From Nemertoderma westbladi (taxonomy: Eukaryota; Animalia; Xenacoelomorpha), in assembly GCA_032718475.1 (NCBI GenBank), contig JAUCBJ010003098.1, positions 4,988-68,987 of the forward strand: a stretch of 64,000 nucleotides of DNA. Direction: 5' to 3'. A model generated the notes under the pieces. The model was not told where the DNA came from. It did no database searches and saw only the letters and a program-made list of their open reading frames with translations. Position 1 is the stretch's first letter; the number at the start of each line of letters is the position of its first letter. The position numbers and the translations under genes are program-made. Shown piece after piece: positions 34,772 through 45,492 of this stretch.

Positions 34772-35483
34772 CTCCCCCCCATGCTATCTTCCCGGTAAGA
34801 AGATAGCATCAACCAAAAAGTGCGCTACAATCCCGCTGGATCCCGATCTAGTATCGGGTGTGGGGTGGAATTCTTTTCTCTCGGAGCCGGCTTTCCAGGC
34901 CGCCCCCTATGGGTATGATAATGCTACCCTGTGTGCCTGGCATCTCATGTCGGGCCGATCGCGCTCACCTCTCACGCAACTTTTGTTTCCCCAACACTTC
35001 CGCCCTATCTCTTCTTCACTCTCATTGTAACTCTCCCATACACCCGGACCTCCTCGTCCCTCACTCAGCCTCTTATTCTCCCTCCCCACACTAGAATTGC
35101 GTCCGCACTCTCTCCGCACTTCGCACTAACTACTCTGTCCCTCAACCCTACTTCGACTGCCTTGTCCCTTCAGACGAATCTCCCCCCCCCCCTCTTGTGC
35201 CGTCGCACTCAAGAAGTGTGAAATTGTCTGGTGTCTCGTCCATAGTGCCATAGTCAGTTATCCCCCAGTCCCAGTAGCTAATTGAGAAAGGTTGTATGAC
35301 TATAGTACTTACTCCGAACGTATATATTTCTAGATTACTAATTACTACGTACGTACATACAAATTGCACTTATATGATTATTTGCATTAATTAAATTTGT
35401 ACTTAATAGTTCGTACGTCCCACGCGGAGCCTTCCAGGCGCACCACGTCCCAGTCTCAGTCTCTATCCCTCGACTCTGGGAAC

Positions 35484-37691
35484 CTATCTGTTCCTCTGGG
35501 GATAGTTCCCCCTGGCGTCCTCTTCCCTGGGCCGTTTCTTGGTTATCACCGTTCCTCTGGCATCATCCGCTTTCTGCTTTCGGACCTTCGCCGCCACTTC
35601 CTTGCTGATCCCGGTCGTTGGCTCCTTGGGCGCTGGTGTTATTAGTGCCCGATATCGCTTCGCCGGTGGCCCCTCAGAGTGGCCTGGTTGTCTCCCTCTG
35701 GTGGCGTCCCATAGGATCATTTTCATTGCCTTTGGTACGTGCTCCGCCAAGAAATCCCTAAACTCCCTTCGGTTCTCTGGCGTCCACCTGTCCAAATACC
35801 TTTGCGTGTTCATTACTCCAGCGTACGACGCCGCCGTTGCTACCTCTTGGTAGGTAAACGGTAGCCTCCGCTTTATGATTTCCATGTGAGTCTCCTGATT
35901 GATAAGGAAGAAACCCCACTTGAACTCCTGGGCCTTCATGCGCTGGCGCGTCATGGCCCCGACGTCGGCCCACTCCTCGAATCTTGTGAACTTCTCCTCG
36001 TCGTTCATCCAGTCGCACTCGCGTCCGTAGTGTCCCCGAAAGTGACACTTTGGACATCGGTTATGCAACCGTGGACACGCCCCCATCCTGTGGCTTGGTT
36101 CTCTGCAGTAGAGACAAAAGGTTCCCTGTTGGAACCGGTATAGGCAGCTGCTTTCCCGATGGGTCTGTCTCCCACAGTAGTCGCAGCCGAGTACCAATGT
36201 CTCCCGTCCCACCTCGTCTTTCGTCCCAAGCGATCTCCGCGGTCTGTGGGGTCGCTGGTAGGCGAACTTCTCTACGTTGGTCTCTCTATCTACGTCGATC
36301 TCTCCGCCCCTCTCGGGCATCGTCTCCCCGAATACTATCCATGGTGCCATCCCCGGTTGCTCGCCCAACCTGATGGTGCTCCCCGCGAAATCCATCGCCG
36401 GCTCCTCGTGCACCCAGGTCCGCTTGCCGGATCTGTTCCAGAAGGCCCTCGCCCCACTGGCCGTCACCACCCTTCCGCCAACCCAGTCCGTGTCCGAGTG
36501 GCCTATCCTCTCGATGGGCGGCATCTCTCCGAACTCGTCGTCGTCGTCCTCCTCTTCTGGCAGTGTCTCCAGCCCCGGTATCCCGATGGATCCACTATGT
36601 CCCTTCCCGCCTTGGCTCTCGCCCGTAGCTCTCCATCCCTCTAGCTCCCTTAACTTCCTTGGCGGTTGGTCGCCCTCGGCGCCCGCTGGTATGGGCATCG
36701 TTTGCAACCCCGACGTCGACTGTTTCGGCGATCCCACCGTCCATCCCAATTCTCGCCCTAGAGACTCCCCCGAACTCCCTGATGAAGTCCAATGAAGTTC
36801 GTCTAGGCCTGCCTGTTCCTCGAAGCCGTAACTCTGTGTCCTGGCCTCCTCTTCCCTCTCCTCTGCTTCTGTCCTCTCCCATCTAGCGACTTCTTCCAGT
36901 CGCTTTGCTTCTCGTCTATCCGTTTCTAGCTGCTCCCATCTCTGATACGGTGTATCTGTCTCCCCGTCTACCAGATGCCGGCTGTTGTAGTACACCGATT
37001 GGCCGCATTGGCCTGTGTTTTCGACTACCCCCAACCCATCCGGTGCCGTCATAGCCATAAAGACTTTCTGCATATCCAGGAGGTTGGTGGCGTCCGGACC
37101 GATGATCCTCTCCGCGTCCTCGCGAATCGCCGATCCCACTTTCGTTGTCGACTTCTCTCTTACTAAGACTTGTACCGCTTTCGGTAATCGGTCTAATTTC
37201 GGCCCGTCCTTCTTCCCATACGTCCCTAGGTCGAATAAGAAGATGTCCCCATTTGGCGCGGCCAAATGTAGGAGTATGGTCCTGGCCGACCCCGCAGTTC
37301 CTCGTCTCGAACCCGCCTCGTCTTCCACGGTTCCCTCATCATCTAGGATCATATATCCTCCTCTGTTGACGGACTCTATGAATCTCTTCCAGTCCTTCCT
37401 CGGTGATTCCCTCGGGTACTTCGGAATCCCGAACTTCGCCTCGTCCCCTTTCACCACGTAGTGGAAGTGTTGGAAGATCGCGTTGTCCAGCGACGGCATC
37501 CCGTAGGTCCCGACCAGCCGCTGTTCGTGCATCTCCCTGAAGTGATCCTGCAGCGCTCGCGCCGCGTGACCCCTTTCCAACCTCTCGTAGTATCCTCTCG
37601 TCTTCTCTTCCGGATGTCTCTCGGTGAAATCCACCAGTATCTCCTTTCCTCCTGACTCCGCTTTTCTCTTTCTGATCAACTTACTCGCCAT
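35484..37691 (-). CDS. 735-aa DEDDy-like 3'-5' exonuclease + acidic linker + triple CCHC zinc-knuckle protein inside the family A LTRs
   Basis: ExoI-like ILDDEG (aa 115-120), LHLAAPNGDIFLFDL, LPKAVQVLVREKSTTKVGSAIRED (ExoII-like). Knuckles CDYCGRQTHRESSC, CLYCREPSHRMGAC, CPKCHFRGHYGREC. Confidence 0.75.
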   Translation of the reverse strand: MASKLIRKRKAESGGKEILVDFTERHPEEKTRGYYERLERGHAARALQDHFREMHEQRLVGTYGMPSLDNAIFQHFHYVVKGDEAKFGIPKYPRESPRKDWKRFIESVNRGGYMILDDEGTVEDEAGSRRGTAGSARTILLHLAAPNGDIFLFDLGTYGKKDGPKLDRLPKAVQVLVREKSTTKVGSAIREDAERIIGPDATNLLDMQKVFMAMTAPDGLGVVENTGQCGQSVYYNSRHLVDGETDTPYQRWEQLETDRREAKRLEEVARWERTEAEEREEEARTQSYGFEEQAGLDELHWTSSGSSGESLGRELGWTVGSPKQSTSGLQTMPIPAGAEGDQPPRKLRELEGWRATGESQGGKGHSGSIGIPGLETLPEEEDDDDEFGEMPPIERIGHSDTDWVGGRVVTASGARAFWNRSGKRTWVHEEPAMDFAGSTIRLGEQPGMAPWIVFGETMPERGGEIDVDRETNVEKFAYQRPHRPRRSLGTKDEVGRETLVLGCDYCGRQTHRESSCLYRFQQGTFCLYCREPSHRMGACPRLHNRCPKCHFRGHYGRECDWMNDEEKFTRFEEWADVGAMTRQRMKAQEFKWGFFLINQETHMEIIKRRLPFTYQEVATAASYAGVMNTQRYLDRWTPENRREFRDFLAEHVPKAMKMILWDATRGRQPGHSEGPPAKRYRALITPAPKEPTTGISKEVAAKVRKQKADDARGTVITKKRPREEDARGNYPQRNR

Positions 37692-38552
37692 TCCGAACGT
37701 TCACTCGCTCACCTGCAAGGTGGTGCCTTACCAAGGCGCAATACAGATGAGTGATGTATCTAAGATGTTCTGTACGGTTCGATAATGGCCTATTTCCTAC
37801 TTAACTGCGCCTTTTAACCTAAATTATTCCTAATTAATTTTGAAGCTAGTAAATGAGCGTAATTTACAATTTCTGTCCGTTACTTTTATTATGTTCTAGA
37901 ATAACTCCCCTTGTGTTGCCACTATTTTACAACTTTCAGCTCTATTCTGTTTATTTATCTATTTAATTTGATTCTACTGTCCTACTACTTACTACTGCCT
38001 ATGGATTATGTATCGTGAGATATGAAAAGTAGGTGCACGTTAAGGGTTGCAACTATATTCCTTTATGTTTCAACCTAAAATAATTCATATAACAATCATA
38101 ATTCGCTTGACCGGAAATTATACAGAGTAAGTTTATTCACGGTAATTAACATATAATAATCTACAACGATATACTAAATAATAAGGGTATAATGTGATAA
38201 TCATATACTTACACAATAACGGGCATAACTATCCAAATTGATACCGACATTCAGGCATATCCTAACCCAGTCAAGTATACAGTATAAACAATAATATAAA
38301 TATATGTATAAATCTTATCAATGTTGTACAAATTATATTCAATAAAATGAATGTCCAAGTATATCCTATATGAGGTACACATCTCATAAACATTGTCCGT
38401 TTACAGAGAGCACCATAATTAAACAATTAATCAATGACCTGAATGCCAGATGTTTAACTTAATTAATTGCAGTCAGTTACCCCATGCCCCTCTCAGGCAT
38501 AGAGTGCAGTATTACAAGCCAATGTAATATGATTGGTAATCAATTTATCGTT

Positions 38553-41500
38553 TCACGATACACTCCCACCAAATTGTTCTTCCATAGGTAATATCACAAC
38601 TAGTTTATGAACTGACCGACGAACAGATGTATCTGGTTTTCCTTTATAAACAGAACCAGGTTTCAAGTTTTTGTAACGTATAACAACGTCTCGTACTAAA
38701 CCATCTTTACCTGGCTTCGCCTCTTTAACTTGAGCTAGTTTCCAACAGCCCCGCGGTACCTTGGTATCTTGAACAACTACAATATCTCCAACTTGAATGT
38801 CTCTGACTTGTACATGCCACTTTTGTCGAACAATTAGGGTTGGAAAGTAATCCCTAGTCCACTTTCTCCAGAATGAGTTTACCACTTCTTGAATGAACTT
38901 CCATCGTTTATTATTATCGTTGGATGTGTCCCATGTACCAGCTGGACATTTAGATGTAGCTCTTCCCAATAAAAGGTCATTTGGGCATAGATAGGTACCA
39001 TCTTCTGGATCCATGCTCCTCAATGCGATTGGTCTCTCATTAAGAAGGTTAGCTACCTCAAATAATACAGTTTGCAATTCTGAAAATGTCATTATTGAAG
39101 ATCCAATTGCAAGAGTAATACACCTTTTAGCGGATTTAATTAGAGCTTCGCTGCATCCATTTTCCCATGATGCTTTAGCCGACTTTGTCAATTCCCATTC
39201 AAATCCTTCCTTTTCGCCAAACGATTTTACTTTATCCCAATTCCAATCATCCACAACCTCATTCATCTCATGACTACAAAGTTGAGGTCCTGCATCCGAT
39301 CTGATCTTTCTAGGGCATCCTCTTAGTGATATGAATCTACGCAAAACAATAATAAAGCTATCTGTGCTATATCCTTCAGCTAGATCAATATACACCGCTC
39401 TACTAGATGAACAATTGAAAATGATCCCATATGCTTTCATTCGAGTTCGCTTCTTAACAGTATCCTTGATATAGAGAGGTCCAAATAAATCAACAGCACA
39501 AAAATAGAATGCTGGTGATGGCTCCATTCGTTCTAAAGGCAGGTCTCCCATTTGTTGTTCAATGACCATACCTTCAAGCCTTCTACACTTGATACATTGT
39601 TTCTTAATTAGTTTAATTATTCTTCGTACACCAGGAATCCAATATTTGCTTCGAACCTTAGCTAGAGTAGCTTCAACTCCAGAATGATCTCTATTATGCA
39701 TCTCGTTAAGATACAACTTTATAAAATCTGATTTTGAGGGTAAAAGAATAAATTCTTGTTTGTTCCAATTCTTCTTTAACCACTGAGACATTCTTTTCCC
39801 AACTACTATTACTCCTCTTTCATTCAAACTCGGTCCCAATCGACGGTATCTATGTCTCCAGTCTGTAGGCAGTTCAGATTGAAGGTAAAGAATCCATATA
39901 TCTTCGGCAATGTTTATTTCATTATTGGTCAGCCCCATTCCACCTCCATTGAAAGATCGAGACTTTGCCACCTTCAAAATAATTGCTGTGACACTTAACA
40001 ATGTGTGAAAGTTCGAAAATCTATCAACATTAATGTCTTGTAAATCACATGATTCTGTATTCATTTCCTGTCTCTCTGCCTGAACCACCATTGATACTCC
40101 AATGACATCCGGAATTTCATCCTCGGGTATGCTGCAATCCTTGCGCAAAGGCCAAATTTCAATAGGATATTGTAAATATTGAGGACCAGATTGCCATACA
40201 CTGTTCTCTCCTATTTCCATTGGATGAGTAATCCTCGTTGTCAGATCTGCAGGATTCTCATTAGTGGGAACCCACCACCAACTATCCACTTTTGTTTTAC
40301 TCTGGATCTCCGCTACCCTTGTTGCAACAAACGTCCCAAATCCATAACTCTCTTTCTGAATTTGTGCTCGTACAATAGTGGAGTCCACAATATGAAATAC
40401 CCTCGAAAATTCCACATCGACTGCGCTTTCTATTTTTTCACTAAGACGGGCCGAGAGCACTGCTCCACATAATTCAAGTCTTGGAGTTGAAAGTTTCTTT
40501 ACTGGAGCAATTCGATTCTTCGCTGCAATAAGACGTGACTCAAATTCATCCATGCCAATCTCCCATCTGATATATGCACAAGTACCATAAGCAATCTCAC
40601 TTGCATCCGAATATATAACAAGAATTGGTTTCCCATAGGCCCCTTGGGGTTTGAAACATCGAGGAAACAAAAGATCCTCCAAGTTAAATAAGTTTTTGAA
40701 AAAGCTAATCCACTCTAATTTGAGCTCTCCAATGATCGGTTCATCCCACCGTGAACAAGAATTCAAATCATTGTTGATAGATTTTCTCATCATGCAATGC
40801 TTTCTTAAAAGGACTTTACCACCTACTGAAACAGGAACAACGAACCCCATTGGGTCATAGAGTCGAGCCATTAGACCGACAACAATTCTAAGAGTTAAAT
40901 CCATTTCACTCAACATCGAAATCAACTCATCAATACCACCAATTTCCTTGATCTTCTTATCTGATTTGTTGGATAATTTAAGCTGTACCTTAAACCTAAA
41001 GTTATCTCCTTTGGTATCCCATATCATCCCCAAAACCTTTTCGGAATCTGGTTGTAGAACATTAAGTTCCTTACAGTATGCATCACTAGATGAACATTCC
41101 TCCTGGTCATTTATTCCAGCGAAAATCCAATGTTTGACAAAAAAACCGCCACGTCCCAGCAGTTTTTCTGTATCCTTCGCTAAGTCGATTAGATCACTTT
41201 GCTGATCCTCAGATGTCATCAAATCATCAACATAAATTTTTTCAGTGACAAAATTTGCTGCTCTAGGAAATTCTTTAACACCCATTGCTGCAGTGTTGTG
41301 AATTGCTTGTGTTGCTATTCCTCCACTAGGTTTATCGCCAAATCCAACAGCTGTTAACATGTAATGATCAGGTGAACGATTAATCTCCATATTCCTCCAT
41401 AGAAAACGATGAACATGTTGATCCATCAAGCACATGTTTACGGAATTATACATTTTTTTTATATCTCCAACAAGAGCAATGTATCCTTGCCGAAAGCGAA

Positions 41501-43076
41501 TTAATATTTCCATTAAATTTTTTACTAGATTGGTTCCTTTAGCCCAGTACTCATTCAAAACATGACCCATATAAGATGATGATGAATTAAATACTATCCT
41601 TATTGGTGTTGATTGTGAATCCGGTTTTAAAACTTCATGATGAGGGATATAATGTATCGGCCCATTGTATTCTATAATCTCACTATTACTTAATTTTCGG
41701 GCGACCTTTCTCTGTATCATGTCCTTTATTTGATCGTCGTACAATTTAGAATACTCCAGTCCCATTTTGCTAAGGCGATTCTCTGTAGATCTTAATCTAG
41801 CTACTGCGACATTCACATTATTCGGTAGATTAGACGGACTTTTTATCCACGGATACCTAATTGTCCACTTTTCAGATTCCTGGTTATAGGAAAGTCCATC
41901 CCATATGAGTGCCATTCCCCTTTCTTCTTCAATAGTGCAGTTGCTGTTCCCAATGGCACACCTTCCACATTTACATGACCCACATTTGGGAATACACTGA
42001 GTTCCCAAGCTTTCAACATCAAACATTTCTCTAAGTTCATCTACAAGCCTACTATCCGATACTATCATATGATTAATATTAGATCTTGTAACCTTGCTTC
42101 CCATTATATAGAACAATTGAACATAACTACACTCTCCAGGATTTGGAATATTCAGGATTGGATGATTCCCTCTCAGGCAGAATCCAAATTGATTATTCAA
42201 TAATTGCAAATTGTTTGATTGAGCTACAACCTTGGGCAATAGCTTACAACAATCTGATCCTATTAATAGGTCAACTGCACCACTGGGCCTTTCAATTTCT
42301 TGAAGAGATATACCTGGAAACAAAGACGTTACCTTTGCCACATCTATTCGTGTTATATTCGCGGTAAGTTCCTGCATGCCATAAGTTCTCACATACCAAG
42401 TGACACCATATGCATCTAATAAAGGGACTATATATTCCTTACTAACTAATTTGTCTGTAACATTCCCAACTTTCGTAACATGTAAGATAACTTCCTTTCC
42501 ATTCAATCCAAGTCGTTTGGCAGTACTGTGTGTTATGAGAGAAAAATTAGCGCCTGAATCCCACAACACCGTGAGAAATTGTCCATTACATTTAACTTTG
42601 CTTAAAGGAAGAAGAACGCCATTATTTGAAAAATCGTTGTTTATAATTTTCAGAGAATTGTGGAGTGATACTCCACCAGTTCCTGTCCTATGAAGTAATG
42701 GATGGTGAATTTTGCCACACCTCAGATTGTGACCAAAAATCAATTCACATGGTTTACGTTGTGTGCAATTTCGTGATAGGTGACCTAATTGTAAACAACT
42801 GAAACAACCTCCCTTTCTACGGAGAACATCCAATCTTTGTTCTACATTTAATCTTCGGAAAATTTCACATGATGCCGTATCATGCACATTAGAATTATGA
42901 TACCAACAATATTTATTGTAATTAGTGAATGTTAAATTTTGAGTTCTATTTCTTTCTGGAAAACCTTGTGATTTATTCCTTTCTGGGAAATGTAATCTAC
43001 TCATATCTTGAACTTGTCCTTGTGAACCGGAAACAATTTGGGCTACCTGAGCCAATCCTTCAACAATCTTGTTCAT
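38553..43076 (-). CDS. pol: BEL/Pao Pol: Zn knuckles, protease, RT, RNase H (Pao peptidase A17-like), integrase
   Basis: CFSCLQLGHLSRNC, LWDSGAN, YIPHH, DIKKMY, YVDD, YSDASE, PRLELCGA, H..DHSG...CIKC, VDLFGP, RSDAG, WENGCSE, FWRKW. Confidence 0.95.
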   Translation of the reverse strand: MNKIVEGLAQVAQIVSGSQGQVQDMSRLHFPERNKSQGFPERNRTQNLTFTNYNKYCWYHNSNVHDTASCEIFRRLNVEQRLDVLRRKGGCFSCLQLGHLSRNCTQRKPCELIFGHNLRCGKIHHPLLHRTGTGGVSLHNSLKIINNDFSNNGVLLPLSKVKCNGQFLTVLWDSGANFSLITHSTAKRLGLNGKEVILHVTKVGNVTDKLVSKEYIVPLLDAYGVTWYVRTYGMQELTANITRIDVAKVTSLFPGISLQEIERPSGAVDLLIGSDCCKLLPKVVAQSNNLQLLNNQFGFCLRGNHPILNIPNPGECSYVQLFYIMGSKVTRSNINHMIVSDSRLVDELREMFDVESLGTQCIPKCGSCKCGRCAIGNSNCTIEEERGMALIWDGLSYNQESEKWTIRYPWIKSPSNLPNNVNVAVARLRSTENRLSKMGLEYSKLYDDQIKDMIQRKVARKLSNSEIIEYNGPIHYIPHHEVLKPDSQSTPIRIVFNSSSSYMGHVLNEYWAKGTNLVKNLMEILIRFRQGYIALVGDIKKMYNSVNMCLMDQHVHRFLWRNMEINRSPDHYMLTAVGFGDKPSGGIATQAIHNTAAMGVKEFPRAANFVTEKIYVDDLMTSEDQQSDLIDLAKDTEKLLGRGGFFVKHWIFAGINDQEECSSSDAYCKELNVLQPDSEKVLGMIWDTKGDNFRFKVQLKLSNKSDKKIKEIGGIDELISMLSEMDLTLRIVVGLMARLYDPMGFVVPVSVGGKVLLRKHCMMRKSINNDLNSCSRWDEPIIGELKLEWISFFKNLFNLEDLLFPRCFKPQGAYGKPILVIYSDASEIAYGTCAYIRWEIGMDEFESRLIAAKNRIAPVKKLSTPRLELCGAVLSARLSEKIESAVDVEFSRVFHIVDSTIVRAQIQKESYGFGTFVATRVAEIQSKTKVDSWWWVPTNENPADLTTRITHPMEIGENSVWQSGPQYLQYPIEIWPLRKDCSIPEDEIPDVIGVSMVVQAERQEMNTESCDLQDINVDRFSNFHTLLSVTAIILKVAKSRSFNGGGMGLTNNEINIAEDIWILYLQSELPTDWRHRYRRLGPSLNERGVIVVGKRMSQWLKKNWNKQEFILLPSKSDFIKLYLNEMHNRDHSGVEATLAKVRSKYWIPGVRRIIKLIKKQCIKCRRLEGMVIEQQMGDLPLERMEPSPAFYFCAVDLFGPLYIKDTVKKRTRMKAYGIIFNCSSSRAVYIDLAEGYSTDSFIIVLRRFISLRGCPRKIRSDAGPQLCSHEMNEVVDDWNWDKVKSFGEKEGFEWELTKSAKASWENGCSEALIKSAKRCITLAIGSSIMTFSELQTVLFEVANLLNERPIALRSMDPEDGTYLCPNDLLLGRATSKCPAGTWDTSNDNNKRWKFIQEVVNSFWRKWTRDYFPTLIVRQKWHVQVRDIQVGDIVVVQDTKVPRGCWKLAQVKEAKPGKDGLVRDVVIRYKNLKPGSVYKGKPDTSVRRSVHKLVVILPMEEQFGGSVS

Positions 43077-44110
43077 TACTGCTTGATTATTCTGTAGCTG
43101 TTCAGTAAAAGTTGTGAAATTATCATGTGGATTTTCGTCCGACTATTGCTAGTTGAGGCTGGATAAGTCTCACCAGTTAAATGGTTTATGCGCCCTTGCC
43201 CTTTATTTACAAGATTATCAGGTTTTCTCACATCATCATCCAGATATTCCATGGCATATTTTTCCTCTAATAAAAATTCTAGAAAATGTTCAAATCGCGA
43301 CTGTCCTGAACACTTATGTTTCAGTAGTGCCCATTCTCTTTTCTGAATAGTGGGTAATAATTTCTCTATTTTGCCAGTCATTGATGCTGTATTCATTTCC
43401 GATTCTAAATTCATCTTTTTCAAATCCAACCAACATTTTTCCACCATATTTACCATATCTACAAATTTACCATTGCAATTCTCAGGAACCAGTTGTAACT
43501 TATTCAGCTCAGACACAATAGAATCAATTAGTTTTTCTGGTATTCCATACTTTTTATCTAAGCGATAAAACATTTCATCAAAATTATTCCCAACACCTTC
43601 CACAGTACTTAATGCTTCGCCTGTTAAACATGTACGCAATGCAAAGGGATCCTTACCATGCACATCTGTCATATGTGAGTTATAATCTGATTTGAACGTT
43701 GGATAATCTCGAATTTTACCACTAAATGTTGGCGCATCTAATTTTTTAACTTTACAGTTTCCACTCTTCCCTCTTGCGGGTTTGTCATTATCAAGAGAAA
43801 ATTTATTCGATAATTTAGTACACATGGCTCTCGCATTACAAAGTTCCCCATAAATATTATCCAAATCATTATTAACCTCACCTACCTTTGCATTATCGGC
43901 GCCATCATCAGAGTCAAATAGACAAATATATCTATCATGGCTTGCCTCGAGCTCTGTATAAGCAGTTTCTAGATCCATAAGAATTCGCTGAAGTACTGGT
44001 ATCATTTCGTCGTCGTCCTGTCTGGTGCAATCCATAAATTTTCCATAGACTCTGTGAAATTTTCCCTTGGCAGTTCCTCGTTTATGACGAAATTCTTTCC
44101 GGTTTTCCAT
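43076..44110 (-). CDS. gag: BEL/Pao Gag (DUF1759-like)
   Basis: KKLDAPTFSGKIRDYPTFKSDY, LRTCLTGEA, RLDKKYG, IEKLLP...W. Confidence 0.88.
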   Translation of the reverse strand: MENRKEFRHKRGTAKGKFHRVYGKFMDCTRQDDDEMIPVLQRILMDLETAYTELEASHDRYICLFDSDDGADNAKVGEVNNDLDNIYGELCNARAMCTKLSNKFSLDNDKPARGKSGNCKVKKLDAPTFSGKIRDYPTFKSDYNSHMTDVHGKDPFALRTCLTGEALSTVEGVGNNFDEMFYRLDKKYGIPEKLIDSIVSELNKLQLVPENCNGKFVDMVNMVEKCWLDLKKMNLESEMNTASMTGKIEKLLPTIQKREWALLKHKCSGQSRFEHFLEFLLEEKYAMEYLDDDVRKPDNLVNKGQGRINHLTGETYPASTSNSRTKIHMIISQLLLNSYRIIKQ

Positions 44111-44708
44111 CTTAGTCCAATGCGTCTGATAATTCGTATCCCATTGTGTTGAAATGTATCGTGAGATATGAAAAGTAGGTGCACGTTAAGGGTTGCAACT
44201 ATATTCCTTTATGTTTCAACCTAAAATAATTCATATAACAATCATAATTCGCTTGACCGGAAATTATACAGAGTAAGTTTATTCACGGTAATTAACATAT
44301 AATAATCTACAACGATATACTAAATAATAAGGGTATAATGTGATAATCATATACTTACACAATAACGGGCATAACTATCCAAATTGATACCGACATTCAG
44401 GCATATCCTAACCCAGTCAAGTATACAGTATAAACAATAATATAAATATATGTATAAATCTTATCAATGTTGTACAAATTATATTCAATAAAATGAATGT
44501 CCAAGTATATCCTATATGAGGTACACATCTCATAAACATTGTCCGTTTACAGAGAGCACCATAATTAAACAATTAATCAATGACCTGAATGCCAGATGTT
44601 TAACTTAATTAATTGCAGTCAGTTACCCCATGCCCCTCTCAGGCATAGAGTGCAGTATTACAAGCCAATGTAATATGATTGGTAATCAATTTATCGTTTC
44701 ACGATACA

Positions 44709-44880
44709 CTTCTCTTGGCTCGACCTCGGGTTCCAGGCGGCCCCCCTCATCCTGGACTGCCGGGTGACCCGTTACCGATGGGTCCGGCGTTGTGGGCCTG
44801 TACCGCCTGGTTGCGGCCTCGCGGATCGTTGATTCTTCGTCCGGGGTCCGCGTCGGCGTTGTCTCTCCCGACTGGCTCAT
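44709..44880 (-). pseudogene. N-terminal stub of the family A first ORF (probable gag), cut by the BEL LTR
   Basis: ATG 62 nt inside the 5' LTR. The GC-rich open frame is truncated at the BEL LTR edge (44708). Confidence 0.45.
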
Positions 44881-44942
44881 CTCGCTTGGTGGTTGGTGGC
44901 TGGTGGTTTAGCTGGCTAGGGGAACAGTTCCGATTTAATTAC

Positions 44943-45492
44943 TGTGACGGGATCCAGGAAGGATCCCGATTTATCCGGTTGTTTAATTCACTCGTCCCCG
45001 CCGTGTGTATGAAAGGTAAAAGGGGAATCCGTGTCGTTCGTTGTATATAATAACTGATATAGATATAGGGTATATAGATATAGGTGTACGGATAATGTTG
45101 TCGTATACAGAAGGCGGGATACGGTAATTAAAGTCCCGGTCCTTCCCTAGCTAAACTAACTAACCTAAACTAGCACCAATATTACACTGAGATAACTGAA
45201 CTGATATGATTACTGCCAAGTGGCTATATTGCACGGTTGGCCTTGTTACTCTACCTAATCGATGCCTTTCCCCCCTCTGATTGGTTGATACCCTTGTTGG
45301 CGCCCTTTGGAGTGTTTCCGTTCACTCCACCTGTTCTCTCTGGGTTAGGGGTTTGGCCCCTGACCCTCATTGTGTGTTTCCTTCCCATTTTGTTGGGGTG
45401 GCACGAGTTGGTTGATTACCCAATCTCGTGGCTCCCAATATTGCTTATCGGCTTAACTTTATGGGGTGTTAGCGGGATTGAATAAGCTAACA
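44943..45492 (-). repeat. LTR of family A (5' LTR on the minus strand)
   Basis: TG...CA, 550 bp, followed on the minus strand by a short leader and an ORF start (MSQSGETT..., 44880). Confidence 0.88.

Larger units (their letters stand above)
38009..44708 (-). mobile_element. BEL/Pao LTR retrotransposon, full length, apparently identical 554-bp LTRs
   Basis: LTRs at 38009-38562 and 44155-44708 with 10-bp terminal IR tgtatcgtga/tcacgataca. PPT ggtgggag. gag-pol lies between them. Confidence 0.96.
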
